Source: Dehalococcoidia bacterium (lineage in GTDB: Bacteria; Chloroflexota; Dehalococcoidia; UBA6926). From it: a DNA stretch of 64,000 bases. Numbering within the stretch: the first letter of the stretch is position 1; every line of letters begins with the position of its first letter. The notes under the pieces are model-generated. The model was given only the letters and a program-made list of their open reading frames with translations. It was not told the origin of the DNA and ran no database searches. The position numbers and the translations under genes are program-made. Of this stretch, positions 38,988-48,554 are shown piece after piece. The stretch covers positions 6,258 to 70,257 of the forward strand of contig DAOUHQ010000007.1 of NCBI GenBank assembly GCA_034428515.1, read 5' to 3'.

Positions 38988-40931
38988 ATGAGCATTGATC
39001 TCGCTAAGGTCGCCCGCGGCCTGCCCACACAGCCCGGCGTCTACATCTTTCGTGACGCGCGCGGCAAGCCGATTTACGTCGGTAAGGCCGCAATCCTCCG
39101 CCACCGCGTTCGCTCCTATTTCGGCTCAGACGCCCTGACGCCGGGAACCAAGGCATTCCAGATCGCGCAACGGGCCTCTGACCTTGAGTGCATCGTCACG
39201 ACGACTGAGGCGGAGGCCCTGATCCTTGAGAACACACTCATCAAGCGCCACAAGCCGCGGTTCAATGTCCGCCTGAAGGACGACAAGACCTATCCATATC
39301 TCAAGATCGATGTCCGCGAAGAATGGCCGCGTGTGTACATTACGCGCCGGATGCAGGACGATGGCGCGCGCTATTTCGGCCCCTATGCCAGCGCGTCTAG
39401 CGTCCGCAAGACCCTTGACCTGCTCAACAAGCTGTTCCCCTACCGCTCCTGCACCAAGGAGATCACCGGCACAGACCCTCGCCCCTGCCTTGATTACCAC
39501 ATCAAGCGCTGTCTCGGCCCCTGCATCGGAGCGGTATCGAACGAGGATTACCGCGAAGTTATCGGGCAAGTTTCTGCGTTCCTGGAGGGCAAGCAGGCGG
39601 CAATCGCGCGGGATATCAAGCGGAAGATGACCGACGCTTCCGACAACCTCGAATACGAGCGCGCCGCATTCTTCCGCGACCAAATCAACGCCATCAACCG
39701 TGTCTCCGCCGAGCAGAAGGCCGTTTCCACCCATGCCGTCGACGAGGACATCATCGCCATAGCCCGCGCCGGCAACGAGGCATGGGCGGAAGTCTTCTTC
39801 GTCCGCGGCGGGAGACTACTGGAACGCGACAATTTCCTGCTGGACGGCACGCTCGGCGAGACTGACGGAGAGGTGCTGGCCGGATTTATCAAGCAGTTCT
39901 ATGTGAACAGCCCGGTCGTGCCGCCGCGCATCCTGACGCAAGCGCCTGTCGCCGACGGTTCCGCTATCACGGAATGGCTTGAAGAGCGACGAGAAGGCCG
40001 CAAGGTGCGTCTCATCGTCCCGCAACGTGGAGAGCGCAAAAAGTTGCTGGAGCTCGTTGCTGAAAACGCCCTGCAAGGCCTCGAAGCCCTTCGTATCAAG
40101 GTGCTCGCGGATGAGGCGGCGACGGAAACGGCGCTCTCGGAACTCAAGGAACAACTCAACTTGCCTGAACTGCCGCGCCGCATTGAGTGCTACGACATCT
40201 CCAACACGCAGGGCACGAACTCCGTCGCCTCCATGGTTGTGTTCCAGGACGGACAACCACTCAAAGATCACTACCGCCGTTTCCGTATCAAGACGGTGGA
40301 GGGCGCGAACGATTTCGCGTCGCTGCAAGAGGTCATTCGCCGCAGGTTCCAGCGCTCCGGCGCGCTCGGCAGCGCAGCCCGCGGCCTTGCGTCGACCGCC
40401 GAGGATGCAGAGGAAGTCATCGCGCAATTCAAGTCGGCCCCGTCTCGCAACAAGGACAACCGCGGCGGTTCAAAGAAAGAGACGGCAGACGGATCGTTTA
40501 TGACTCTCCCTGACCTTGTGTTGATCGACGGCGGTAAGGGACAGCTGAACGCCGTCGCAGAAGTGATGCGTGTGGAGCTTGGGCTGCACCAGATCCCGCT
40601 CGCGTCGCTAGCGAAGCAGGAAGAGGAGGTCTTCCTACCGGAGATGGCCGAGTCAATCATGCTGCCCCGCACCTCTCCGGCCCTCTACCTTGTTCAGCGT
40701 GCCCGCGATGAGGCGCATCGATTCGCCATCACCTTCCATCGCAACATCCGCCAGAAGAAGGGCATGGAATCGATGCTTGATGCCGTCCCCGGCATCGGTC
40801 CGCGTCGCAAGCGAATGCTCATGCGCCACTTTGGCAGCCTCGACGCCATCCGCGAGGCCACCATCGATGACCTCTCTGCCGCCCCCGGCATGACCAAGCG
40901 CCTCGCCGAACGCGTCAAAGAATACGTGTAA
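38988..40931 (+). CDS. uvrC: excinuclease ABC subunit C
   Basis: 647 aa; GIY-YIG N-terminal (GVYIFRD...IYVGKA), UvrBC and HhH domains. Confidence 0.9.
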   Translation: MSIDLAKVARGLPTQPGVYIFRDARGKPIYVGKAAILRHRVRSYFGSDALTPGTKAFQIAQRASDLECIVTTTEAEALILENTLIKRHKPRFNVRLKDDKTYPYLKIDVREEWPRVYITRRMQDDGARYFGPYASASSVRKTLDLLNKLFPYRSCTKEITGTDPRPCLDYHIKRCLGPCIGAVSNEDYREVIGQVSAFLEGKQAAIARDIKRKMTDASDNLEYERAAFFRDQINAINRVSAEQKAVSTHAVDEDIIAIARAGNEAWAEVFFVRGGRLLERDNFLLDGTLGETDGEVLAGFIKQFYVNSPVVPPRILTQAPVADGSAITEWLEERREGRKVRLIVPQRGERKKLLELVAENALQGLEALRIKVLADEAATETALSELKEQLNLPELPRRIECYDISNTQGTNSVASMVVFQDGQPLKDHYRRFRIKTVEGANDFASLQEVIRRRFQRSGALGSAARGLASTAEDAEEVIAQFKSAPSRNKDNRGGSKKETADGSFMTLPDLVLIDGGKGQLNAVAEVMRVELGLHQIPLASLAKQEEEVFLPEMAESIMLPRTSPALYLVQRARDEAHRFAITFHRNIRQKKGMESMLDAVPGIGPRRKRMLMRHFGSLDAIREATIDDLSAAPGMTKRLAERVKEYV

Positions 40932-41019
40932 GCTTCTCCGTCTCGCCCGCCGCCTGACGTATACTCAATGGGCGACTGAGGATGGTCGCCACGTTCATTC
41001 TGGGGGAGGGATATTCCAC

Positions 41020-41835
41020 ATGGCCGATTTTGAGACCCTTATCTATGAGGTTGGCGATGATGGCGTCGCTCAAGTCACGCTGAATCGACCGGAGCGCCGC
41101 AACGCGCTCAATCATGATCTGCTTGAGGAGCTTGAGCAGGTCTTCGATGCTGTCGAGAACGATGACAACGTGCGAATCGCCGTCATCACCGGCGCCGGCC
41201 CTGCATTCTGCGCGGGCTACGATCTGACTCCAAACCAGGAACGGCCAACGTACAGCGCCACTGAGCGTTGGGAGAATACCCATTGGCAGGCCAGGCTCGT
41301 TTCCCGCCCGTGGTACTCCCGCGTCCCATGGATCGCTGCGGTCGACGGCCCCGCAGCCGCCGCAGGCAACGTCCTCGCCATGAGTTGCGACCTCATAGTC
41401 GCGTCCGAGCGCGCACAGTTCGGCGAGCCTGAGATCCGCCACGTTGCCCACTCGCCTCACGTCCTGCTGCCGTTCATCACAAGCAACCGCCACCTGCGCG
41501 AGTTCTACTACACCGGTGACTTCATCGACGTCGAAACCGCCGAGAAGTGGGATTTGGTCAACAAGGTCGTTCCCGCTGGTGAGGCGCTTGACGCCGCAAT
41601 GGAGATGGCCCGCCGTATTGCGCAGGTGCCGCCTTTCGCGCTCCAGATGATGAAGCGATCAATAACCGCCGTTTACGATGCGCAAGGCTTTGGCAAGGGT
41701 CTTGATGACCACCTCATGCTCCGCATGATTGAGTCGCTGACGCCGGACGTGCCGGAGCGTGAGCACTTGGGCAAAGTGCGCGTGGAGCAGGGTATGAGGG
41801 CGTTCCTGGACGCGCGTGACGGCCCATTCCGTTAG
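41020..41835 (+). CDS. enoyl-CoA hydratase/isomerase family protein
   Basis: 271 aa; crotonase fold (ITGAGPAFCAGYDL). Confidence 0.8.
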   Translation: MADFETLIYEVGDDGVAQVTLNRPERRNALNHDLLEELEQVFDAVENDDNVRIAVITGAGPAFCAGYDLTPNQERPTYSATERWENTHWQARLVSRPWYSRVPWIAAVDGPAAAAGNVLAMSCDLIVASERAQFGEPEIRHVAHSPHVLLPFITSNRHLREFYYTGDFIDVETAEKWDLVNKVVPAGEALDAAMEMARRIAQVPPFALQMMKRSITAVYDAQGFGKGLDDHLMLRMIESLTPDVPEREHLGKVRVEQGMRAFLDARDGPFR

Positions 41836-41881
41836 GCCGAGACGTACCAGGGACGTTCTGGCTCAGTCGTGAGGCTGATGG

Positions 41882-42436
41882 ATGGCCGATAACCAGCAGG
41901 GCAGTCACCCGCCCATCATGCACGGGCACGGTCAGGCGAAGTTCTGCCTGAACTGTGGACAGGAACTTGCCGAGCGCGAGATTGACGGCGCGATGCGCCC
42001 TGCTTGCGAGGACTGCGGCTATGTCCACTACACGGATCCCAAGGTCGCCGTCGGCGTGCTGATCGGCGACGCGCAGGGACGTGTCCTGCTCATGCAGCGG
42101 GCGCATCACCCACGCAAGGATCTGTGGTCATATCCGTCAGGATTCGTCGATGCCGGTGAAAAGGTGGAGGACGCCGCTGTCCGTGAGACGCTAGAGGAGG
42201 CGGGCGTCACCGTCGAACTAGATGGCCTCCTTGGACTCCACTCGGAAACCGGCAACCGTGTCATCCTCGTGGTTTACCGGGGGCACATTGTGGAGGGGGA
42301 GCCGAGGCCCGGCGAGGAGAGCCTGGCAGTCGACTACTTTGACGCCGCCGACCTGCCGGACCTCGCTTTCGACCGGGACCGCAGGATTATCCAGGATTGG
42401 CACAAGAAATTCGTCGCGAGCCCGACAGGAAACTGA
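41882..42436 (+). CDS. NUDIX hydrolase with N-terminal zinc ribbon
   Basis: 184 aa; CLNCG...CEDCG zinc ribbon; Nudix box GEKVEDAAVRETLEEAGV. Confidence 0.75.
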   Translation: MADNQQGSHPPIMHGHGQAKFCLNCGQELAEREIDGAMRPACEDCGYVHYTDPKVAVGVLIGDAQGRVLLMQRAHHPRKDLWSYPSGFVDAGEKVEDAAVRETLEEAGVTVELDGLLGLHSETGNRVILVVYRGHIVEGEPRPGEESLAVDYFDAADLPDLAFDRDRRIIQDWHKKFVASPTGN

Positions 42437-42452
42437 CAGAAAACACTGATTC

Positions 42453-43388
42453 GTGAGAACATCGGAAAGAATTGGGGAACCAATGGAGGAGGGGAAAATG
42501 ACGGACTACGAAAACATCATCTATGAGCTGCGTGAGGCAGCCGGCGGCAACGTTGCCTACATAACGCTGAATCGCCCCGAGCGCCTGAATGCGCTCAGCC
42601 GCGGCTTGCTGGCGGACGTTGGCAGCGCGCTCGAGGAGGCGGACAAGGACGAGACCGTCCGCTGCATCGTCATCAAGGGCGCCGGCCGCGCATTCTCAGC
42701 GGGCTATGACATGAACGTGCAGTCCGAAGGCAATCTGCCGCGTGACGCGCTCACCATGATTACCAGCGACCACCCCACGACGATGTATCGCCGTTGGATC
42801 TGGGGCAATCGCAAGCCGGTCATCGCTCAGTGCCATTCGTTCAGCCTCGCAGGTGGCGGGCAGTTGGCTTGCCACTGTGACATCACGATCGCCTCCGATG
42901 ACGCGCTCTTCGGCTACCCGCCTGCGCGCTACGCCAGCGTGGCGACGTACATGATCTGGCCGGAATTGGTCGGCATGAAGAAGATGAAGCAGTTGGCATT
43001 CACCGGCAACATGATGAACGCGCAGGAAGCCCTCCGCGTTGGTCTGGTGAGTGAGGTTGTGGATCGGGACGAGCTGGATGACTACGTCTGGACGCTCGCC
43101 AACACAATCTCCAAGCTTCCGCCGGCCTCGACGGAGCTTAACAAGCGCGCCATCAACTACTACTACGAGTCTCAGGGCATGTTCCAGGCCTATGAGTACG
43201 CCGAGAACCTGATGTACGTGTCCTACGCCGCATCGCCGGAGGATCTGCCCAAGGGCCTGCAGGACGTGGATCGCGTCACGGCAGAGCAGGGTATGCGCGC
43301 CGGGTTCCAGTACATGAACGAGGCCTTCACGGACGAGGACCAGGCCATCGCTGCTGAGCAGATGGCGCGTCCCAGCCGCGCCCCCTAA
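42453..43388 (+). CDS. enoyl-CoA hydratase/isomerase family protein
   Basis: 311 aa; crotonase motif IKGAGRAFSAGYDM. Confidence 0.75.
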   Translation: MRTSERIGEPMEEGKMTDYENIIYELREAAGGNVAYITLNRPERLNALSRGLLADVGSALEEADKDETVRCIVIKGAGRAFSAGYDMNVQSEGNLPRDALTMITSDHPTTMYRRWIWGNRKPVIAQCHSFSLAGGGQLACHCDITIASDDALFGYPPARYASVATYMIWPELVGMKKMKQLAFTGNMMNAQEALRVGLVSEVVDRDELDDYVWTLANTISKLPPASTELNKRAINYYYESQGMFQAYEYAENLMYVSYAASPEDLPKGLQDVDRVTAEQGMRAGFQYMNEAFTDEDQAIAAEQMARPSRAP

Positions 43389-43568
43389 AACCGTAGGCCA
43401 TGACGCCCGTCCGCCCCCTGTGCTAAATTGGGCGGACGGGCGATTAGCCGCATCGCGGCCAGTACCCGGTGTGGTGGGGTAGGTGACGATTAACTCATTT
43501 CGTACACCCCTTGAAGAAGCACTGATACATCGTCGTGCCCGGCACGACTGCAAGGGAGGGAGATTGGC

Positions 43569-44582
43569 ATGAAGGCACTCGTCTTCGATGAGTATGGTGG
43601 CCCGGAAGTCCTCCAATGGAAGGACATCGATGACCCCAAGCCCGGGCCGAATGACGTCGTGATTGAGGTCAAGGCAACGGCCATCAACTACAACGACGTC
43701 TGGGGACGCCGCGGCGCGCCTATGGAAGTGGAACTGCCACATATCTCCGGCAGCGACGCATCCGGCGTCGTCGTCGACAAGGGCAGTGAGGTCACGTCGC
43801 ATTCAGTCGGTGACGAAGTTGTCGTTCACTGCGGTCGCCCGGCTTTCAATAATCGCACCGGGCAGGAGTGCAACATCTGGGGCTACGACTGGCCCGCGCT
43901 TGACGGTGCGCACGGCCAGTACGTCCGGGTGCCGGCGGAGAACGCCGTTCCCAAGCCCACCAACCTCACGCATGAAGAGGCCGCATCTTTCCCACTCGTC
44001 CTTGTTACGACGTGGCGCAAGCTGGTCGAAAAGGCGAGCATCAAGCCTGGCGACAACGTCCTCATCTGGGGCGCGGCCGGTGGTCTTGGTGTTATGGCCA
44101 TCCAGATTGCCAAGCTGTTCCAGGCGCATCCGATCGCTGTTGCCTCCAGCGATGAAAAGCTGGAACTGTGCAAGGACCTCGGCGCGGAGTACCTGATCAA
44201 CCGCAAGACGCAGGATGTCCGGCAGGAGATGCGCAACATTGTGGGGCGGCGCGGCGCGGATATCGTTTTCGAGCATCCCGGGCAGGCCACCATGGGCCTT
44301 AGCATCCAGCTCGCCAGCTGGGGCGGCACCGTCGTCACCAGCGGTGCAACCAGCGGCTACGACGCCAACATTGACCTCCGCCACATCTTCTTCCGACAGG
44401 TCAAGCTGGTCGGTTCCACACTTGGCACCGTCCACCAGTTGCAGGACGCGCTGGACCAGGTGCAGGCAGGCCACATCAAGCCGGTCATCGACCGCGTCCT
44501 CCCGATGAAGGACGCAGGCGAAGGCCAGGTCCTCCTCGAGACTGAGGCGGTTGCGGGCAAGGTCGTCCTGGTCCCGAACTAA
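43569..44582 (+). CDS. MDR-family zinc-binding dehydrogenase / NADPH:quinone reductase-like
   Basis: 337 aa; GAAGGLG NAD(P) motif. Confidence 0.8.
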   Translation: MKALVFDEYGGPEVLQWKDIDDPKPGPNDVVIEVKATAINYNDVWGRRGAPMEVELPHISGSDASGVVVDKGSEVTSHSVGDEVVVHCGRPAFNNRTGQECNIWGYDWPALDGAHGQYVRVPAENAVPKPTNLTHEEAASFPLVLVTTWRKLVEKASIKPGDNVLIWGAAGGLGVMAIQIAKLFQAHPIAVASSDEKLELCKDLGAEYLINRKTQDVRQEMRNIVGRRGADIVFEHPGQATMGLSIQLASWGGTVVTSGATSGYDANIDLRHIFFRQVKLVGSTLGTVHQLQDALDQVQAGHIKPVIDRVLPMKDAGEGQVLLETEAVAGKVVLVPN

Positions 44583-44676
44583 ACTCTGACCACACATCGT
44601 GAACAAAGGGGGGCGCCCGCAAGGGCGCCCCCCTTTCTTGTTTCCCTCAAACGGACTGGAATGAGAAACTGGGCGC

Positions 44677-45417
44677 ATGACACGCCCAGACTCGCTCGCC
44701 CACGCCGTCGTCTTTATTGACGGGTTTGACCCGCGTGCCGTCCTGCCCGCCACGGGCCCTCATCCGGCGTTCAGAGATGTAAACGGCATGCCCGCCTCAG
44801 ACGCGCTTCTCCGACATCTCGCAGCGCAGGGAATAACGGAAGTCTGGCTCGTCTCCCGTGCTCTGCCCGGCATGGTCGTTCACTACTTTGGCGATGGAAG
44901 CCGTTGGGGAGTCAGCGCGACACACGTCCGACAGGACGGATCGCCCGGCTCCGGCGGCGCACTGTCGGCCGTTCGCCAGCAGATCACGGAATCGACGCTC
45001 GTCATTGACGGTGCACTCGTGACAGACCTCGAGTTGGGTGCCATGTTCGAGGATCACCGCTCTGCCGACGTAGACCTCACTATGTGCCTTACGGGCGACG
45101 TGCAGGAAACAGCAGGATTGCCCCGCGCGCTAATCGATTCATCCTCACCTTTCGTGCAACAGATCCTGGTTGATCCACCGTTCCCGGCCAACCCGGAGAT
45201 CCTTGTCGGAGTCGGCGTCTACATCATTGAACCGGAGGCCGTGGAGCCGTTGCAGACGGCAGGGGTGAACGCGGATTGGGTGACGGATGTCCTTCCTAAC
45301 CTAGCCCGGCAGAGTCGTGTCCGGGGATGGCAGGCCAACCCCGGCACCCGATTCGATCTTCCGCGCCGCGTCCGTGTCATGCATTCCCAGACCGGCCGCG
45401 CGCTTCCCACAACCTGA
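44677..45417 (+). CDS. nucleotidyltransferase-like (sugar-phosphate NTP-transferase fold, degenerate)
   Basis: 246 aa; weak NTP_transferase similarity. Confidence 0.4.
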   Translation: MTRPDSLAHAVVFIDGFDPRAVLPATGPHPAFRDVNGMPASDALLRHLAAQGITEVWLVSRALPGMVVHYFGDGSRWGVSATHVRQDGSPGSGGALSAVRQQITESTLVIDGALVTDLELGAMFEDHRSADVDLTMCLTGDVQETAGLPRALIDSSSPFVQQILVDPPFPANPEILVGVGVYIIEPEAVEPLQTAGVNADWVTDVLPNLARQSRVRGWQANPGTRFDLPRRVRVMHSQTGRALPTT

Positions 45418-45581
45418 ACGTCTGAGCGATTGACCAGAGCACTAAACGGGCTTATAATTCGAAATCGGTTCAAAACAAATTCTCGGTTTTGTTTTGGATA
45501 TCTTGGCCCTTGGAGGGTCAAAGCGCGGGATACGGGAGCAGTTGAGATAGCGGGCTACGGCCCAAAGAGGAGTGGTGTGTC

Positions 45582-46352
45582 ATGCCATGGACGCATGCGG
45601 GCGTAAGCAGACGCCTGAAATTGCTCGGCGTGCTGGGAATCGTTGGTGGACTTCTGTTGGCCTCCATTACCGTCGCCCTGGCGCAAGAGACTACTGGAGA
45701 CGATGAAAATACCGTCTCCGCTGATTTTGAATATGACGCAGGCGTCACCGTAGACATCCCTGCTACATTCTTCCCCGGCTTCGATGCGGCGGGATCCCTG
45801 ATGATTCAGCCTCGCGCGCTGCAATTGGACGGCAATGAGATGCCGTCGGGCACCATCACAATTGAGCCGCTTGAGCTGGAAGAAAGCCAGACGATGCCCG
45901 CGCTCATTGCTCCTAATCCGAGCAAGCCCAGTGGAAGCACAGCAGAATACCTGCGCCGCGCAGTTACCGTTTCCGTCAGCATTGGCGGCGAGGATGCGAG
46001 CGGAGCAGCACGCTTCAACCCCACCATGATGCTCAATCTGGACCTGACGGATGCTGAATGGGAAGAAGCGGAAAATGACCCGGATGCGTTCGTCGTTCGC
46101 GCCTGGGATGCCGGCAGGAACATGTGGTTGACTGTCGAAACATCCACTAATCCGTTCGATATGGTCGTTACGGCCAAGGTCGCCCGGGCCGGTCAGTTCG
46201 CACTGTTCAGAGAGGAACCGCCGCCGCCTATCCAGGGTGGAGACGTTACCCTGAATTCAATGACGCTGCTGTTCATCGCCATGTTTGGATTCGCACTGGC
46301 CGCTACCGGCGTCATGATGGCGCGTGGCACGCTGGGTCGGCGCAACGACTAG
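45582..46352 (+). CDS. secreted hypothetical protein with C-terminal GG-TM-basic anchor
   Basis: 256 aa; signal peptide; acidic; C-terminus IQGGDVTLNSMTLLFIAMFGFALAATGVMMARGTLGRRND. Confidence 0.5.
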   Translation: MPWTHAGVSRRLKLLGVLGIVGGLLLASITVALAQETTGDDENTVSADFEYDAGVTVDIPATFFPGFDAAGSLMIQPRALQLDGNEMPSGTITIEPLELEESQTMPALIAPNPSKPSGSTAEYLRRAVTVSVSIGGEDASGAARFNPTMMLNLDLTDAEWEEAENDPDAFVVRAWDAGRNMWLTVETSTNPFDMVVTAKVARAGQFALFREEPPPPIQGGDVTLNSMTLLFIAMFGFALAATGVMMARGTLGRRND

Positions 46353-46427
46353 ACTTCGACACTCAAGAACTCACGGGGCGCGGAGGGCTGCCCTGCCCAC
46401 CGCGCCCCGTTCCGTTATTGTGGGTAG

Positions 46428-46880
46428 GTGCAACCTGATTCCACCGCAGTCATTCGTGTCGCCTTGCTCCGCGAGGGCGCAAGTCTACCGTTCCGCGCCA
46501 CACCCGGCTCGACAGGCTTCGATATCCATGCCTGCCTCCAGGATGGAGAGGAAGAGATCATCGTTGGCCCTGACCCGGTACTGATTCCAACCGGCATCGC
46601 CCTCGAGTTCCCTCCAGCTCTCGATGTCCAGATTCGACCACGCTCCGGCCTCAGCAGCAGGGGAGTGATGAGTACCGTCGGGACCATCGATAGTGACTAT
46701 CGAGGCGAGGTCTTCGTCACCTTGTACACCGTTGGAAACCGGCCGCCCCATGTCGTTCGCAATGGAGACAGGATCGCGCAGATCGTTGTCGGTATCCGCG
46801 CCGACATCTCACTCGAAATCGCTGAAAGCCTGAGGGAGACGGAGCGGGGCGGTGGCGGACACGGCTCTACCGGCGCCTAA
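46428..46880 (+). CDS. dut: dUTP diphosphatase
   Basis: 150 aa; dUTPase motifs (PGSTGFDI, RPRSGL, GTIDSDYRGE). Confidence 0.85.
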   Translation: MQPDSTAVIRVALLREGASLPFRATPGSTGFDIHACLQDGEEEIIVGPDPVLIPTGIALEFPPALDVQIRPRSGLSSRGVMSTVGTIDSDYRGEVFVTLYTVGNRPPHVVRNGDRIAQIVVGIRADISLEIAESLRETERGGGGHGSTGA

Positions 46881-46923
46881 CTCCCGCCGTTCATCCTGAG
46901 CCTGTCGAAGGGCATGAACGCCC

Positions 46924-47751
46924 TCACACCTCAAGCGGCGTATCGTCCCGGTTCGCCCACTCCCGCATGGAACCGTCGTAGTTCCGCGTGTTTTCATAAC
47001 CAACAAGCCGCATGACGAATACTCCGTGCGCCGCACGGATGCCGCCCTGTCAATAAGTGTAGACATTCTTGTCCGGCGTGATGCCATGTTCAGAGAGCAG
47101 CCGCCGTATCTCGGACGCCGACTTAAACCGATGTGTTTCGCGATCCATCAATTTGAGCCATTCAAGGTGCACGGCTCCAGGGACATGCCCGGCGCGCGCG
47201 TTGGCGCGGTTGTTGGATCCGTCCCATTCGCCATCGGTGCGAACATCCCAAACGACGGAATCCTCAAACGTGCACGCCTCTTTCAGGTCCTCTACTTTCA
47301 CCAGCATTGAGTCGTCGAGGTTAGGGGTGAACGTTGCGCCCTGCGCTCGCGCCGGACGCTGAAAGCTGATCGCGTGGCCGCCTGTGACCCACTCACGCCA
47401 GCCGCCGTTCAGAACTCGCGCGTCCCTGTGCCCGTACGTGTTGAGTACCCACCACAGGCGTGCCGCGGTCACACTCTGTCCGTTGTCGTAGCAGATTACC
47501 GACGTGTCGTCGCTGATCCCTAACCCTTCGCACATCTCCTTGAACTGTGAGGGAGTCATCATCAGCGTGCGATTCGTGTCAGGGTCTTTCACGAAGTTGT
47601 CCGGGATCAGAACTGCTCCCGGGATATGGCCTCTGTTGTAGCCCGCATCCACGTCGCAGTCCACGACGACAACGTTGTCGTCGTTCAAGTGCTCTGTCAG
47701 CCAATCCGCCTCGACCAGATACTCCGGATGTGCATAATCCTTGGTAGTCAT
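46924..47751 (-). CDS. rhodanese-like (tandem-domain) sulfurtransferase with TGA at catalytic-Cys position (candidate selenoprotein) at 47052..47050
   Basis: ORF track stops at 47050 after ...KNVYTY. Same frame continues past the TGA as QGGIRAAHGVFVMRLVGYENTRNYDGSMREWANRDDTPLEV* (stop 46926..46924). This reconstitutes the C(U)QGGIR active-site loop and the YDGSxxEW motif; full length is 276 aa. Hairpin UCCGUGC-GGC-GCACGGA lies 10 nt after the UGA. Confidence 0.6.
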
Positions 47752-47864
47752 TACGTCCTCCCCCTTGGAGAGCCTTCCTCATGCTAGAGAACGCTCATCG
47801 ACAGTATGCCACCACACTGACGCTCGCCTGTCTGTCCTTCATGTCGCGCATGTAGAATTGACAT

Positions 47865-48476
47865 ATGAGCATTATCGATAGGGCGCAGAGAATATTCGGA
47901 GGCGCGGCGGCGGTGGACAAGGATCGTGTGCCGCCCGGCCAGACCGTCACGACCAAGTTCCCCGTTCTCTCCTATGGCCAGATTCCGCAGATTGACCTCG
48001 CCACGTGGACATTTGAGGTCATTGGCCTCGTTGACAACCCGATTCGATTCACATGGGAGCAGTTTCTCGCCCGTGCCGAAGACACGGTCACAGCCGACTT
48101 TCACTGCGTTACAGGATGGTCCCGTCTCGATAACCAATGGGAAGGCGTATTCGTCCGTGATCTATTTGAGGAGGCCCGCATCCGCCCAACCGCCGCCCAC
48201 GTCATGGCTCACTGCTACGGTGGCTACACGACCAATATCCCGCTAACAGCGCTGCTCAATCCTGATGTCCTGATTGCCCACCGACACGATGGCGCGCCGT
48301 TGGAGTCGGAGCACGGCGGCCCCGCCCGCCTCATCGTTCCTGACCGCTACGCATATAAGAGCGCCAAGTGGATCAAGGCGCTGGAACTCATGCCGGAGAA
48401 TAAGCGCGGCTTCTGGGAACTCCACGGCTACAACTCCAACGCAGACCCGTGGCGCTCAGAACGCTACGACTTCTAG
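47865..48476 (+). CDS. sulfite oxidase-like molybdopterin oxidoreductase (small cytoplasmic SUOX-fold)
   Basis: 203 aa; Mo-binding Cys motif DFHCVTGWS; divergent from rhodanese. Confidence 0.7.
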   Translation: MSIIDRAQRIFGGAAAVDKDRVPPGQTVTTKFPVLSYGQIPQIDLATWTFEVIGLVDNPIRFTWEQFLARAEDTVTADFHCVTGWSRLDNQWEGVFVRDLFEEARIRPTAAHVMAHCYGGYTTNIPLTALLNPDVLIAHRHDGAPLESEHGGPARLIVPDRYAYKSAKWIKALELMPENKRGFWELHGYNSNADPWRSERYDF

Positions 48477-48477
48477 G

Positions 48478-48525
48478 TTCTATCCCGTCCGTCATTCTCG
48501 CGAAAGCGGGAATCCGGAATCCCAT
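48478..48525. repeat. REP-like palindromic element variant A
   Basis: CCGTCATTCTCGCGAAAGCGGGAATCCGGAATCCC. Confidence 0.55.
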
Positions 48526-48554
48526 CTCCCCGAGGGTGAGCGTCAGGTGAAGGA

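Noticed and set aside
42696-44753. 368-aa and 316-aa minus ORFs
   Set aside because: Antisense to the crotonase and MDR reductase genes.
46809-47087. 92-aa minus-strand ORF overlapping the rhodanese TGA region
   Set aside because: Out of frame with the rhodanese. The in-frame continuation reconstitutes a perfect rhodanese C-terminus, so this ORF is a GC-driven artefact.
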